DNA of 40,356 nucleotides from Verrucomicrobiia bacterium (GCA_036501565.1 DASYAA010000079.1:1-40356); one strand, 5' to 3'. Numbered from the stretch's first letter, positions 24,321 to 34,690 are shown. Numbers and translations are program-made. The notes: generated by a model not told the origin, from the sequence alone.

Positions 24321-25873
24321 CAATTTGGGATTGCGGATTGCGGATTGCGGATTTCTGAAATGGCAGCAACGTTTTGTTTTTCAACAGTCGAATTTGCCAG
24401 GCTCACGATTTTTTGCGCGTCAGGATTGATTTTTTCCGTCAGCAATTTCGGCAGGAAGCCGAACAGCAGGAGGCTCGCCAGCAAAAGCGCGTAAGGCAGT
24501 TTGCGCCAGACGTTCGAGGCGTCGGTGAGGGTTGAAAATTTTTCCGAGACCGGCCCGTGCAAAATGTCGCGGATGGCGCGCGTCATGTAAACCGCGCCGA
24601 TGATGAGCGCGCCCCAAACAGCGAGCGTCGTCACGAGCGGAAAAATTTTCCACGAGCCGAAGAAGACGGTGACTTCGCCGACGAAATTCGCGAAGCCGGG
24701 CAAGCCGCAACCGGCCATTGCCGCCATCAACAGTGCCGTGCCAATGAATCGCAACGGACGGCAAAGTCCACCGAGTTCGCTGATTTGGAGCGTGCCGGTT
24801 TTTTGATAAATGTAACCGCTCAAGGCGAATGTCAGCGCTGCGAGAAATCCGTGCGCGATCATGATCAAAACCGCGCCGGTCACGCCGACGATATTCAGGC
24901 TCGCGATGCCAAGGAAAATGAAGCCCATGTGCGCCACGCTGGAATTGCCGATGAGCAGGTTCAAATCTTTTTGTTTCATGGCGACCCAGCCGACATACAA
25001 AATGTTGCCGAGGCAAAGCCACGCGAGAATTTGCATCCAATGTTGCGCGGCCTGCGGCATCAGCGGCAGCGCGATGCGGATCAAACCGTAGAGGCCGAAT
25101 TTTTTCAGCACGCCGGCGTGAAGCATCGCGGTCGGCGCAGGCGCAACGCCGTAGCCAAGCGGTGCCCAAGAATGGAACGGCCAGAGCGAAACCAAAATCC
25201 CAAATCCGAACAACAGCAGCGGGAAAATAAGATTCTGCGCGTTCGACGTCAGCGGATGCGCCGCGATGTATTCCGTGAGTTTTGGAATGTCAAATGTGTT
25301 CGCGCCGGATTTCAGATAGAGCGCGATGAGACCGATGAGCGCGATGAGCGCGCCGAGGCTTAAGTAAATCGTGATTTGGAACGTTGCGTAATTTTTCCGT
25401 TCGCCGCGTCCCCAGACGCCGATCATGATGAACGTCGGGATCAGCGCGAATTCGTGGAACGCGTAAAAGAAAAACAGATCGAGCGACGCGAACGCGCCGA
25501 GGATGCCGCCGGTCATCACAAGTAGCAAAATGTAAAATTCCTTTTCGCGCGTCTGGATTTCACACGAGCAGAGCGCGGCGGCGAACGCGACGATTGCGCC
25601 CATCAAAATCAGGCCGACGTTCAAGCCGTCCACGCCGACGTGATAACTGATGCCGAGTGATGCGACCCACGGGATTTGCTGCACGAAGCGATAGCCATCC
25701 GCGTCCACCGGCGTGCCGGCGTATTGGCAAAACATTTTCACGGCGAGCGCCGCCGAAATGAGCGTCGCCAAAACCGCGATGGCGCGGATGATGACGCGGT
25801 AATTGCGCGGCACGAACACCAGCAACAGTGCTGCCAGCAGCGGCCAGCCTAAAATGTAAGTCAGTATGGACAT
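24320..25873 (-). CDS. nuoM: NADH-quinone oxidoreductase subunit M
   Basis: Polytopic antiporter-like subunit whose position and length fit NuoM. The ATG at 25873 (MSILTYILGWPLL) is preferred; an in-frame TTG at 25885 is the alternative. Confidence 0.93.
   Translation of the reverse strand: MSILTYILGWPLLAALLLVFVPRNYRVIIRAIAVLATLISAALAVKMFCQYAGTPVDADGYRFVQQIPWVASLGISYHVGVDGLNVGLILMGAIVAFAAALCSCEIQTREKEFYILLLVMTGGILGAFASLDLFFFYAFHEFALIPTFIMIGVWGRGERKNYATFQITIYLSLGALIALIGLIALYLKSGANTFDIPKLTEYIAAHPLTSNAQNLIFPLLLFGFGILVSLWPFHSWAPLGYGVAPAPTAMLHAGVLKKFGLYGLIRIALPLMPQAAQHWMQILAWLCLGNILYVGWVAMKQKDLNLLIGNSSVAHMGFIFLGIASLNIVGVTGAVLIMIAHGFLAALTFALSGYIYQKTGTLQISELGGLCRPLRFIGTALLMAAMAGCGLPGFANFVGEVTVFFGSWKIFPLVTTLAVWGALIIGAVYMTRAIRDILHGPVSEKFSTLTDASNVWRKLPYALLLASLLLFGFLPKLLTEKINPDAQKIVSLANSTVEKQNVAAISEIRNPQSAIPN
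24329..24353. repeat. Heptanucleotide tandem repeat GATTGCG x3 plus a partial copy at the nuoM 3' end
   Basis: Copies lie at 24329-24335, 24336-24342 and 24343-24349, followed by gatt. They encode the NuoM tail IRNPQSAIPN. Confidence 0.85.
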
Positions 25874-25888
25874 TTTATTTTCCAAAAA

Positions 25889-26302
25889 TCATGGCCGGGT
25901 TTCTTCCGGCAACAAACTCAACACAAAATCATAAATTTCCCGCGCCTGTTTAAGCGCTTCATCAAATTCTTCGCGCGTAGGCATCGTTTCGGACAAATCG
26001 TCCGGGTAGCGAAATTCCCAGGCGTAAGGCGTCAACGCCGCCGCCGCCGGAACAAATTTATCGAAACGCGGTTCAATCGCGGAGGCTTCAACCGCCAGCT
26101 TGCGAATGTCGTGCGTTTTTTCCGGCGTGATTTCTTTGAACACCAGAAATGATTTCACGGCTTTTTCGGCGCCCTGCTGGCAATGATAAATCGCCACGTC
26201 GAGCGGACCTTCCGGGTCGTTGCTCAAAACGCGCGCGCTCCGCAAATCGCCGGCGGCTTTGGTCAGCCAGGAACGCACAAGTTGTCTGTGAGTTTCATCC
26301 AT
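25889..26302 (-). CDS. HEPN domain protein (PF05168-like; putative toxin partner of the upstream nucleotidyltransferase)
   Basis: 137 aa, all-alpha. AGDLRSA..L, the conserved KTHDIRKL helix and EFRYPDD are as seen in small HEPN proteins paired with MNT genes. It overlaps the MNT gene by 8 nt. Confidence 0.8.
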   Translation of the reverse strand: MDETHRQLVRSWLTKAAGDLRSARVLSNDPEGPLDVAIYHCQQGAEKAVKSFLVFKEITPEKTHDIRKLAVEASAIEPRFDKFVPAAAALTPYAWEFRYPDDLSETMPTREEFDEALKQAREIYDFVLSLLPEETRP

Positions 26303-26615
26303 AGAGTTTGCGTCCCCGCTTCAAAATGTCCTGCGTCAAACTTCCGCGAACGTCGCGCACGCGATTCACCTCCCGGCGCGTCCTGACCAAAATGTCGGCG
26401 GAAATCAGTAGTCTGCCCAGACAATGCTGCGCGCGCTGGTCGCGGCGAATCGGCCGCTCGTCGCTTTGCGGGACGATGACCATGAAATCCACGTCGCTGT
26501 CCTCGGTCGGCGCGCCCCACGCGTGCGAGCCGAACAAATAAATTTCCTCCGGTTGAAATTCATTTTTCAACCGTTCAACCGCTTCGTCCAATAAATGTTG
26601 CGGGACGATTTTCAT
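26295..26615 (-). CDS. Minimal nucleotidyltransferase (MNT, NTP_transf_2-like; putative antitoxin)
   Basis: 106 aa with the motif IYLFGSHAWGAPTEDSDVDFMVIV (G-S ... D-x-D polymerase-beta-fold signature). Its ATG directly abuts the nuoL TAA (TAAATG). Confidence 0.88.
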   Translation of the reverse strand: MKIVPQHLLDEAVERLKNEFQPEEIYLFGSHAWGAPTEDSDVDFMVIVPQSDERPIRRDQRAQHCLGRLLISADILVRTRREVNRVRDVRGSLTQDILKRGRKLYG

Positions 26616-28484
26616 TTATTTTCCCAAAACAAAATAGAGCAACAGCGCCACGCCGAGCACGAACAGAAAAGCGTAGGTTTGCAAGTTGCCGGTTTGCATG
26701 AGGCGCAGGGCGCGTCCGCTCAAATCCGTGCCGCCGCGAATCGCGCCGATGCAAAAACCTTCGACGAGCCAGCGGTCAATCCAATCGGCGACCGTTGCGA
26801 TGAAATCATGCGCGCGGATGAAAGTGGCTTCGTAAAGTTCGTCGAAATAAAAGCGGTTTTTCATCGCCGTCGCGAGACCGCCGAGTTTCGCGGGCAATGG
26901 ATCAGTTGACGCTTTGACGTAAAGTTTGAATGCCAAAGTGAAGCCGATGATGAAAGCAAGAATGCCGAGTGACGCGGCGAGAGGCGAATGGATGAACGGC
27001 GCGAAAAGTGTCGCGGCAAAACCGGCGGATTTTTCCGCTCCGTCGGGAAAATTGTAGTGGTAAATTCCTTCGATGCCGATGACGCCGCCGATCAAACTGA
27101 AACCGGCCAGCACGATCAGCGGCAAGGTGATGACCGCCGGTGATTCGTGCGCGTGCGAGGCTGCGTCGGATTTTTCCGCGCCGTAAAAAACGACGAAGAA
27201 AAGTCGGAAAATATAAAATGTCGTGAGTCCGGCGATGAAGACGGCGTTGGCGAACAGAAGATAATTATGCTGCGCGAGGGCTTGCGCGAAAATGCTGTCC
27301 TTGCTGAAAAATCCGCTCATCGGCCACACGCCGGAAAGCGCGAGCGCGCCGATGAGAAATGTCCAGAATGTCACCGGCATTTTCTTTCGCAGATTTCCCA
27401 TTTTCCAGATGTCCTGCTCGTGATGCGTCGCGAGAATGACCGAGCCGGCGCTCAAGAACAGCAGCGCTTTGAAAAATGCGTGCGTCGTCAAATGAAACAT
27501 CGCAGGCACGGGACCGGCGAGGCCGACGGCCATGACCATGTAACCGAGTTGCGACAGCGTCGAGTAGGCGATGATGCGTTTGATGTCGTTTTGCTGGACA
27601 GCGATGAGCGCGGCGAGCAACGCGGTGAATCCGCCGATGTAAGCGATGACGTGCAGCGCGTCGGCGTTGAGCAAAAAGAAAATGCGGCAGAGCATATAGA
27701 CACCGGCGGCAACCATTGTTGCGGCGTGGATGAGCGCAGAAACCGGCGTCGGGCCTTCCATGGCATCCGGCAACCAGACGTGCAGCGGGAATTGAGCGGA
27801 TTTGCCGACGGCACCGCAGAAAATCAGAAGTCCGGCGGTGGTTGCCATCGCGCCGATCGCGGCGGGGTTGGCGACAATTGAATTTTGCAGCGCGGAAAAA
27901 TTCAGCGAACCGAGAATTCCCCAGACCATTAAAATGCCGAGCAAAAATCCGAAGTCGCCGAGGCGATTGACGATGAAGGCTTTTTTCGCGGCGTCGCCGG
28001 CGCTGGGTTTTTCAAACCAGAATCCGATGAGCAGGTAGCTGGACACGCCGACGAGTTCCCAGAAGATGAACATCTCGATGAAATTGTTCGCGAGCACGAT
28101 GCCGAGCATCGAGAACGTGAACAGGCTCATGAACGCGAAGAAACGCGCCATGCCTTTGTCTTCGTGCATATAGCCGAAGGAATAAATGTGGATCGCGCCG
28201 CCGACGCCGGTGATGATGAGCAGCATCATAAGGCTCAACGCGTCGAGCTTGAGGCCGAAGTCAACGTGCAGGTCGCCGATGGTGAGCCAGTTCGTCGAAG
28301 TTTCCGCATTGATGTGAAATCCATTCGCGCTGATAAAAATAATTGTCAGAATAAATCCGGCGACGACTGCGCCGATGGAGATGAGACTGCTCATCGTTTT
28401 GCAACGCAACGTGAAAAGCGTTATCACCACCACTGACAGCAGCGGCAGGAACAAAATGATCCAAGGCAAAATTTCGTATTTCAT
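26616..28484 (-). CDS. nuoL: NADH-quinone oxidoreductase subunit L
   Basis: 622 aa polytopic antiporter-like subunit with a C-terminal lateral-helix extension. It follows nuoK. Confidence 0.95.
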   Translation of the reverse strand: MKYEILPWIILFLPLLSVVVITLFTLRCKTMSSLISIGAVVAGFILTIIFISANGFHINAETSTNWLTIGDLHVDFGLKLDALSLMMLLIITGVGGAIHIYSFGYMHEDKGMARFFAFMSLFTFSMLGIVLANNFIEMFIFWELVGVSSYLLIGFWFEKPSAGDAAKKAFIVNRLGDFGFLLGILMVWGILGSLNFSALQNSIVANPAAIGAMATTAGLLIFCGAVGKSAQFPLHVWLPDAMEGPTPVSALIHAATMVAAGVYMLCRIFFLLNADALHVIAYIGGFTALLAALIAVQQNDIKRIIAYSTLSQLGYMVMAVGLAGPVPAMFHLTTHAFFKALLFLSAGSVILATHHEQDIWKMGNLRKKMPVTFWTFLIGALALSGVWPMSGFFSKDSIFAQALAQHNYLLFANAVFIAGLTTFYIFRLFFVVFYGAEKSDAASHAHESPAVITLPLIVLAGFSLIGGVIGIEGIYHYNFPDGAEKSAGFAATLFAPFIHSPLAASLGILAFIIGFTLAFKLYVKASTDPLPAKLGGLATAMKNRFYFDELYEATFIRAHDFIATVADWIDRWLVEGFCIGAIRGGTDLSGRALRLMQTGNLQTYAFLFVLGVALLLYFVLGK

Positions 28485-28487
28485 CCG

Positions 28488-28793
28488 TCAGAGTTTCATC
28501 GAGGTCAGGTCTTCGACGTGCGCGGTCTGGCGTTTGCGGTAAAGCGCGACGATGAGCGCGAGGCCGACCGACACTTCCGCCGCCGCCACGGTGATGATGA
28601 AAAACACCAGGATCTGGCCGTTCAAGTTGTCGTTGAAACGCGAGAACGCGACAAGCGCGAGGTTCGCCGCGTTGAGCATCAGCTCCAGCGACATATAAAT
28701 GACGAGCAGATTCCGCCGCATAATGACGCCGAGCAATCCCAGCGCGAAGAGCAGGAAGCTGACGGTCAAATAATGTTCGAGTCCGACGTGCAT
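28488..28793 (-). CDS. nuoK: NADH-quinone oxidoreductase subunit K
   Basis: 101 aa, 3 TM, with [14 protein letters not shown]...[16 protein letters not shown]. Confidence 0.95.
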   Translation of the reverse strand: MHVGLEHYLTVSFLLFALGLLGVIMRRNLLVIYMSLELMLNAANLALVAFSRFNDNLNGQILVFFIITVAAAEVSVGLALIVALYRKRQTAHVEDLTSMKL

Positions 28794-28794
28794 A

Positions 28795-29301
28795 TTATTT
28801 CAAATCCTTTTTGCTCAACAAAATCACGCCGATCATCGCCACGAGCAGCAGCACGGAGACGACTTCAAACGGCAAAACGTATTGCGTGAACAACAATTTT
28901 CCGAGCGCCGTGGTGTCGCCTTCAATCGTGGGCGATGCTTGTGCGTTGAGATTTGTCGCATGCAAACTTTTCAAAAAGATGGCGACGATTGTGCCGACGG
29001 AAACCAATCCAGCCACGATGCCGAACATTTTTATTTTGCGACGTTGTTCCTCTTTCAAATCGAGCAACATGATGACGAACAGGAACAGCACGATGACCGC
29101 GCCGGCGTAGACGAGGATTTGCACTGCCGCGAGGAAGAACGCGTGCAGCAGCACGAACAGCCCGGCCATCGAGATGATGGTGAGCACGAGAAACATCGCG
29201 CTCGTGACCGGGTTGCGGCTGAACGGGTTCGCGATGACGAGCACGCCGCACAACAGCGTCAGCGCCGCGAAGACATAAAATAAAATGTCAGGCAGTCCCA
29301 T
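28795..29301 (-). CDS. nuoJ: NADH-quinone oxidoreductase subunit J
   Basis: About 168 aa, 5 TM. Its position between nuoI and nuoK fits NuoJ. The ATG at 29301 is preferred; a TTG at 29307 is the alternative. Confidence 0.92.
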   Translation of the reverse strand: MGLPDILFYVFAALTLLCGVLVIANPFSRNPVTSAMFLVLTIISMAGLFVLLHAFFLAAVQILVYAGAVIVLFLFVIMLLDLKEEQRRKIKMFGIVAGLVSVGTIVAIFLKSLHATNLNAQASPTIEGDTTALGKLLFTQYVLPFEVVSVLLLVAMIGVILLSKKDLK

Positions 29302-29311
29302 GTTCAAGGTT

Positions 29312-29869
29312 TCAGACTTTTACCGGAAAATCTTCCTGTTCCTTCGCTTCTTCCAATTTGTTTTTCCATTTCTGGACGCCGCCGACCGTGCCGCCGAGCG
29401 CGAGGAGTTTTTCCTTGTCGTAAATCATTTCCTCGCGCGTCAGGCCGGTAAGCGAATAATCTTTTTGCAGAAAAATCGCCTCTTCGGGGCAGACTTCCTG
29501 GCAGAAACCGCAGAAAATGCAGCGGAGCATGTTGATCTCGAACTGCTCCGGCATTTTTTCAGCGTTCGAGCGGTCGGCCAATTGTCCGGCCGGACCGGGC
29601 GGAATGATTTTGATCGCCTTGGGCGGGCAGACAAATTCGCAAAGCTGGCACGAGACGCATTTCGTGTTGCCTTCCTGATCCTTGACGAGATACGGCGCGC
29701 CGCGATAATCCTCCGGCACGGCCCATTTCTGCTCGGGATATTCCATCGTCACTTTTTTGCCCTCGAACAAAGTGCGATAGGCATGACGCATCGTGACCTT
29801 CAGCCCACCGATGATGGCGGGCACATAAAGTTTTTCCCAAAACGTCAATGGTCTGCGATTTACGATCAT
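29312..29869 (-). CDS. nuoI: NADH-quinone oxidoreductase subunit I (2x[4Fe-4S])
   Basis: Contains CVSCQLCEFVCP and CIFCGFCQEVCP. Confidence 0.96.
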   Translation of the reverse strand: MIVNRRPLTFWEKLYVPAIIGGLKVTMRHAYRTLFEGKKVTMEYPEQKWAVPEDYRGAPYLVKDQEGNTKCVSCQLCEFVCPPKAIKIIPPGPAGQLADRSNAEKMPEQFEINMLRCIFCGFCQEVCPEEAIFLQKDYSLTGLTREEMIYDKEKLLALGGTVGGVQKWKNKLEEAKEQEDFPVKV

Positions 29870-29885
29870 TTCAATTTTTTTTCAG

Positions 29886-29935
29886 ACAGAATTAACAAAA
29901 TTTTCAGAATTAAATTCCAATTTTGTTAATTCTGT
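29886..29935. repeat. Perfect 17-bp inverted repeat in the nuoI-nuoH spacer
   Basis: acagaattaacaaaatt (29886-29902) pairs with aattttgttaattctgt (29919-29935) across a 16-nt loop. The element is AT-rich. Confidence 0.85.
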
Positions 29936-29945
29936 AAATTCCGTC

Positions 29946-31007
29946 TCAACTCTTCATCCACAAAATCACCGCTGTTATCAAAATGTTTGCCAACGCGAGC
30001 GGCACGAACCGCCGCCAGCCCAAATCCATCAATTGGTCGTAACGAAAACGCGGGAACATCCAACGCACCCAGATGAACAACGTCATCAACGCGCACATTT
30101 TCGCGAGAAAAATTAAAATCTGCAAAATGCCGATGCCGATGTTTTGCGCGGGCTGATCCAATCCCCAAAACGGCAGCGTCCAGCCGCCGAAAAACAGCGT
30201 TGTCATCATTCCCGCCGCCGCGACCATGTTGGAATATTCCGCGAGAAAAAACAGCGCGAATTTCATCGAGCCGTATTCCGTGTGATAGCCGCCGACCAAT
30301 TCCGTTTCCGCTTCCGGCAAATCGAACGGCGTGCGATTCGTTTCCGCAAAACTTGCCACGAGAAAAATAATGAACGACAGCGGCGCGTAAATGATGAGCC
30401 AGCCGTGTTGCGTTTGCCAATTGATGATCTGGCTCAAATTCAAATTGCCCGCGATGAGAAAAACCGGAATCGCGCTCATGCCCATCGCGATTTCATACGA
30501 AATCATTTGCGCGCTCGAACGGATGCCGCCGAGGAACGGATATTTTGAATTCGCCGCGTAACCCGCGAGCACAATTCCATAAACGCCGAGCGAAACGATT
30601 CCAAACGTGTAAAGAATTCCCACGTTCAAATCCGCGATGACCATTTTTTGATGACCGATTTGCGAGCCAAACGGAATGACCGCGATGACGAGCAGCGAAG
30701 GAATCACTGCCAGCGCCGGTGCGAGCCAGAAATACGCCTTGCGCACGCCTGCCGGAGTAAAATCTTCCTTGAGCATGAATTTTAAGCCGTCCGCCAGCGG
30801 CTGGAAAATTCCCATGCGCGTCAAAATCGGTCCGAGAATCGGAATGTATTTCATGAACGGCGGCGCGACGCGATTCGGCCCGAGGCGATCTTGAATCCAC
30901 GCCGAAACTTTCCGCTCCACCAAAACCGCGTAAGCCGCGATGACATGCAGGATACCGATCGCCAGCGCGATTTTTACAATGCTGAAAATGATAAAATTCC
31001 AGTCCAT
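29946..31007 (-). CDS. nuoH: NADH-quinone oxidoreductase subunit H
   Basis: 353 aa, polytopic, with ERKVSAWIQDRLGPNRVGP-like N-terminus, ETNRTPFDLPEAE.ELV.GY.TEY and FFLAEY. Confidence 0.96.
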   Translation of the reverse strand: MDWNFIIFSIVKIALAIGILHVIAAYAVLVERKVSAWIQDRLGPNRVAPPFMKYIPILGPILTRMGIFQPLADGLKFMLKEDFTPAGVRKAYFWLAPALAVIPSLLVIAVIPFGSQIGHQKMVIADLNVGILYTFGIVSLGVYGIVLAGYAANSKYPFLGGIRSSAQMISYEIAMGMSAIPVFLIAGNLNLSQIINWQTQHGWLIIYAPLSFIIFLVASFAETNRTPFDLPEAETELVGGYHTEYGSMKFALFFLAEYSNMVAAAGMMTTLFFGGWTLPFWGLDQPAQNIGIGILQILIFLAKMCALMTLFIWVRWMFPRFRYDQLMDLGWRRFVPLALANILITAVILWMKS

Positions 31008-31008
31008 G

Positions 31009-32694
31009 TTAGATTTGCACCGTCACGCCGGTGTCGCCAAGCGTCGCCCACGCCAGACCGTTGAACGCGGAAACGTCCTTCGCCATTTCGTTGAACAGAC
31101 CTTCGATGGTCACAAAACCGTTCTGGCCGGTGACATTGTGAACGAGGTCGTGCAAAAATTCCCATTCGGCGCGTGCGTCGCCGGGCGCTTCGACGGCCTT
31201 CATGAATTTCTGGACGCGTCCTTTCGTGTTCGTGAACGTGCCGCGTTTTTCCGCGTGCGCGCAGCCGGGCAAAAGATAATGCGCGAGCCTTGTCGTCGCG
31301 TTCGGCAAAATGTCGCTGACGATGAGCGTCTCCAATTTGCCGAGCAAATCCGCGCCGAGGCCGTGCTTCGTCACGTCTTCGCCGAAGACAATTAAAGTTT
31401 TGATTTTACCGTTTGAAATTCCGTTGGCGATTTGCGGCAAATTCGTTCCCATTTCGGTGAAACAAATTCCCGTGAGCCGCGCGCCGTTGCTGTTCGGATT
31501 TTTATCCGCGCTTACGAGCAGCTTGTCGCCTTTGCCGATGCGCGCAATTGAATCACTGATTGCGCCGAACTTCGATTTCAATTTTGAAATCAGCCACAGT
31601 TCTTCGTTTGTCTGCCGCGCGGAAGCAACAATCGCGACTGAGCCTTGCGGCGCTTTCTTCAGCTTGTCGCTGATTTCATTGAGCGCCGCCGTCCACGTCG
31701 TTTTTTGTCCGCGAGCAAGCACATCCTTCAAACGGTCTTCGCGGCCGATCCATTTGTAATTCAAACGGCCGGCGTCGCACATCCAGCAGGAATTGACGGC
31801 GTCGTTCTGGCGCGGTTCGTAGCGATAAACTTTTTCCTCGCGCGAGCCGACGATGACGTTGCAGCCCGTCGCGCAGCTTGTGCAGACGCTTTTGGTCTCC
31901 TTTAAAAACCAGACGCGCATCTGGAAACGAAAATCCTTCGACGTGAGCGCGCCGACGGGACAGATGTCCACGGTGTTGAGCGTGTAATTGTTGTCGAAAA
32001 CTTTTCCCGGATACGCCGTGAGCGTGTTCCAACTGCCGCGATTGACGATGCCGAGCGCGTCGTCGCCGACGATGTCCTTCGTGAACCGGATGCAGCGCGT
32101 GCAAAGGATGCAGCGCTCGTCGTCAAGCACGATGCGCGGGCCGAGGTCAACGGCCTTGGGCTTGTGGACTTTCGGTTCGACGAAGCGGCTCGCGCTCTGG
32201 CCGTAATCAACGGAATATTCCTGCAACTTGCATTCGCCCGCCTGATCGCAGATCGGGCAGTCGAGTGGATGATTGACGAGAAGAAATTCCAGAACGCCTT
32301 CGCGCATCTGTTTCACGCCGGGCGTCGAAGTGTGAATCTCCATGCCCGGCGAAATCGGCGTGGCGCACGCGATGGCCGGGCGCGGCGATTTGGCAATTTT
32401 CGGTGTGCCGTCGGGATTCAAAATGGGCTTGCGATCTGGGCCGAGCGCGGGCGTGCCGTATTCCACAAGGCACATGCGGCAGTTGCCGACGACGGGCAGT
32501 TTCGGATGATAACAATAATGCGGCACGTCCACTTTGTTGAACGCGCACGCTTGAATCATCGTCGTTGGAATTTGTTTGCCGGAAATCGGGTCGGGCATCG
32601 TCTTCGGCACTTCGATTTCGCGACCGTCCACCTTCACCTTGATTTTTTCAATCACAGGCGCGGGCTTAATTTCAGTTGTGGCTGCGGTTGACAT
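31009..32694 (-). CDS. nuoG: NADH-quinone oxidoreductase subunit G (short form, 561 aa)
   Basis: 2Fe-2S and 4Fe-4S motifs are present: CYHPKLPVVGNCRMCLVE, HPLDCPICDQAGECKLQ and CILCTRCIRF. Confidence 0.94.
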   Translation of the reverse strand: MSTAATTEIKPAPVIEKIKVKVDGREIEVPKTMPDPISGKQIPTTMIQACAFNKVDVPHYCYHPKLPVVGNCRMCLVEYGTPALGPDRKPILNPDGTPKIAKSPRPAIACATPISPGMEIHTSTPGVKQMREGVLEFLLVNHPLDCPICDQAGECKLQEYSVDYGQSASRFVEPKVHKPKAVDLGPRIVLDDERCILCTRCIRFTKDIVGDDALGIVNRGSWNTLTAYPGKVFDNNYTLNTVDICPVGALTSKDFRFQMRVWFLKETKSVCTSCATGCNVIVGSREEKVYRYEPRQNDAVNSCWMCDAGRLNYKWIGREDRLKDVLARGQKTTWTAALNEISDKLKKAPQGSVAIVASARQTNEELWLISKLKSKFGAISDSIARIGKGDKLLVSADKNPNSNGARLTGICFTEMGTNLPQIANGISNGKIKTLIVFGEDVTKHGLGADLLGKLETLIVSDILPNATTRLAHYLLPGCAHAEKRGTFTNTKGRVQKFMKAVEAPGDARAEWEFLHDLVHNVTGQNGFVTIEGLFNEMAKDVSAFNGLAWATLGDTGVTVQI

Positions 32695-32697
32695 TTT

Positions 32698-32940
32698 TCA
32701 AATTTCTCCGCGTCGCAAATCTTCAATCGGGAAAATCATTTCAAAATCTCCCCACATCAAATCGCCGTTCTGAATATGGAATGACTTGAATTGTTTCAGG
32801 CGACGATATTTTGAAAACATCGGATTCTGCGCCTTCTTCAGAAACGGCCCGAAGTCAACGAGGCGATGCTTGCCGTCGTTGAATTCAACGTCCACCTTGT
32901 AACGGGGAACATAGCTGGCGTGTTTCACTCGCAAATACAT
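32698..32940 (-). CDS. DUF2442 domain protein
   Basis: 80 aa. The pattern Y.V.VEFNDG..R.VDF.PFL ... F..F.I.NG.L.WGD.EMIFPIEDL is typical of DUF2442 as I remember it. It sits 3 nt after the DUF4160 gene and 3 nt before the nuoG ATG. Confidence 0.8.
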   Translation of the reverse strand: MYLRVKHASYVPRYKVDVEFNDGKHRLVDFGPFLKKAQNPMFSKYRRLKQFKSFHIQNGDLMWGDFEMIFPIEDLRRGEI

Positions 32941-32943
32941 ATT

Positions 32944-33249
32944 CTATTTAATTTTCCGCGTAATAATTTCAGGTTTCACGACTTTGTTCAAAACGAAAAC
33001 ATCCGACCACTTTTTCAAAATATCCTCGGCCTTCGCGTTCACCAGTTCGGCAAAATGTTTTCTGACTTTGCCGGACAGCGGACGGCGATTCGACACGCGG
33101 CAAAACCGGATGGAAACAATTTTTCCATCGCGCGTAATGATTTCAGCTTTTGTCTCAAGCTCGCCATAACGACCATGCACATGAACCGGCAAATGTTCGC
33201 CCGCAAAAAAGAAAACCGAAATGCCAAGATATTCATAAAGTTTGGGCAT
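32944..33249 (-). CDS. DUF4160 domain protein
   Basis: 101 aa. MPKLYEYLGISVFFFAGEHLPVHVHGRYGE matches the DUF4160 N-terminal signature (MP....G..i.my..EH.PPH.H..Y.e). The ATG is 7 nt after the nuoF stop. Confidence 0.8.
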   Translation of the reverse strand: MPKLYEYLGISVFFFAGEHLPVHVHGRYGELETKAEIITRDGKIVSIRFCRVSNRRPLSGKVRKHFAELVNAKAEDILKKWSDVFVLNKVVKPEIITRKIK

Positions 33250-33256
33250 GACGCTT

Positions 33257-34690
<1,434 letters not shown>

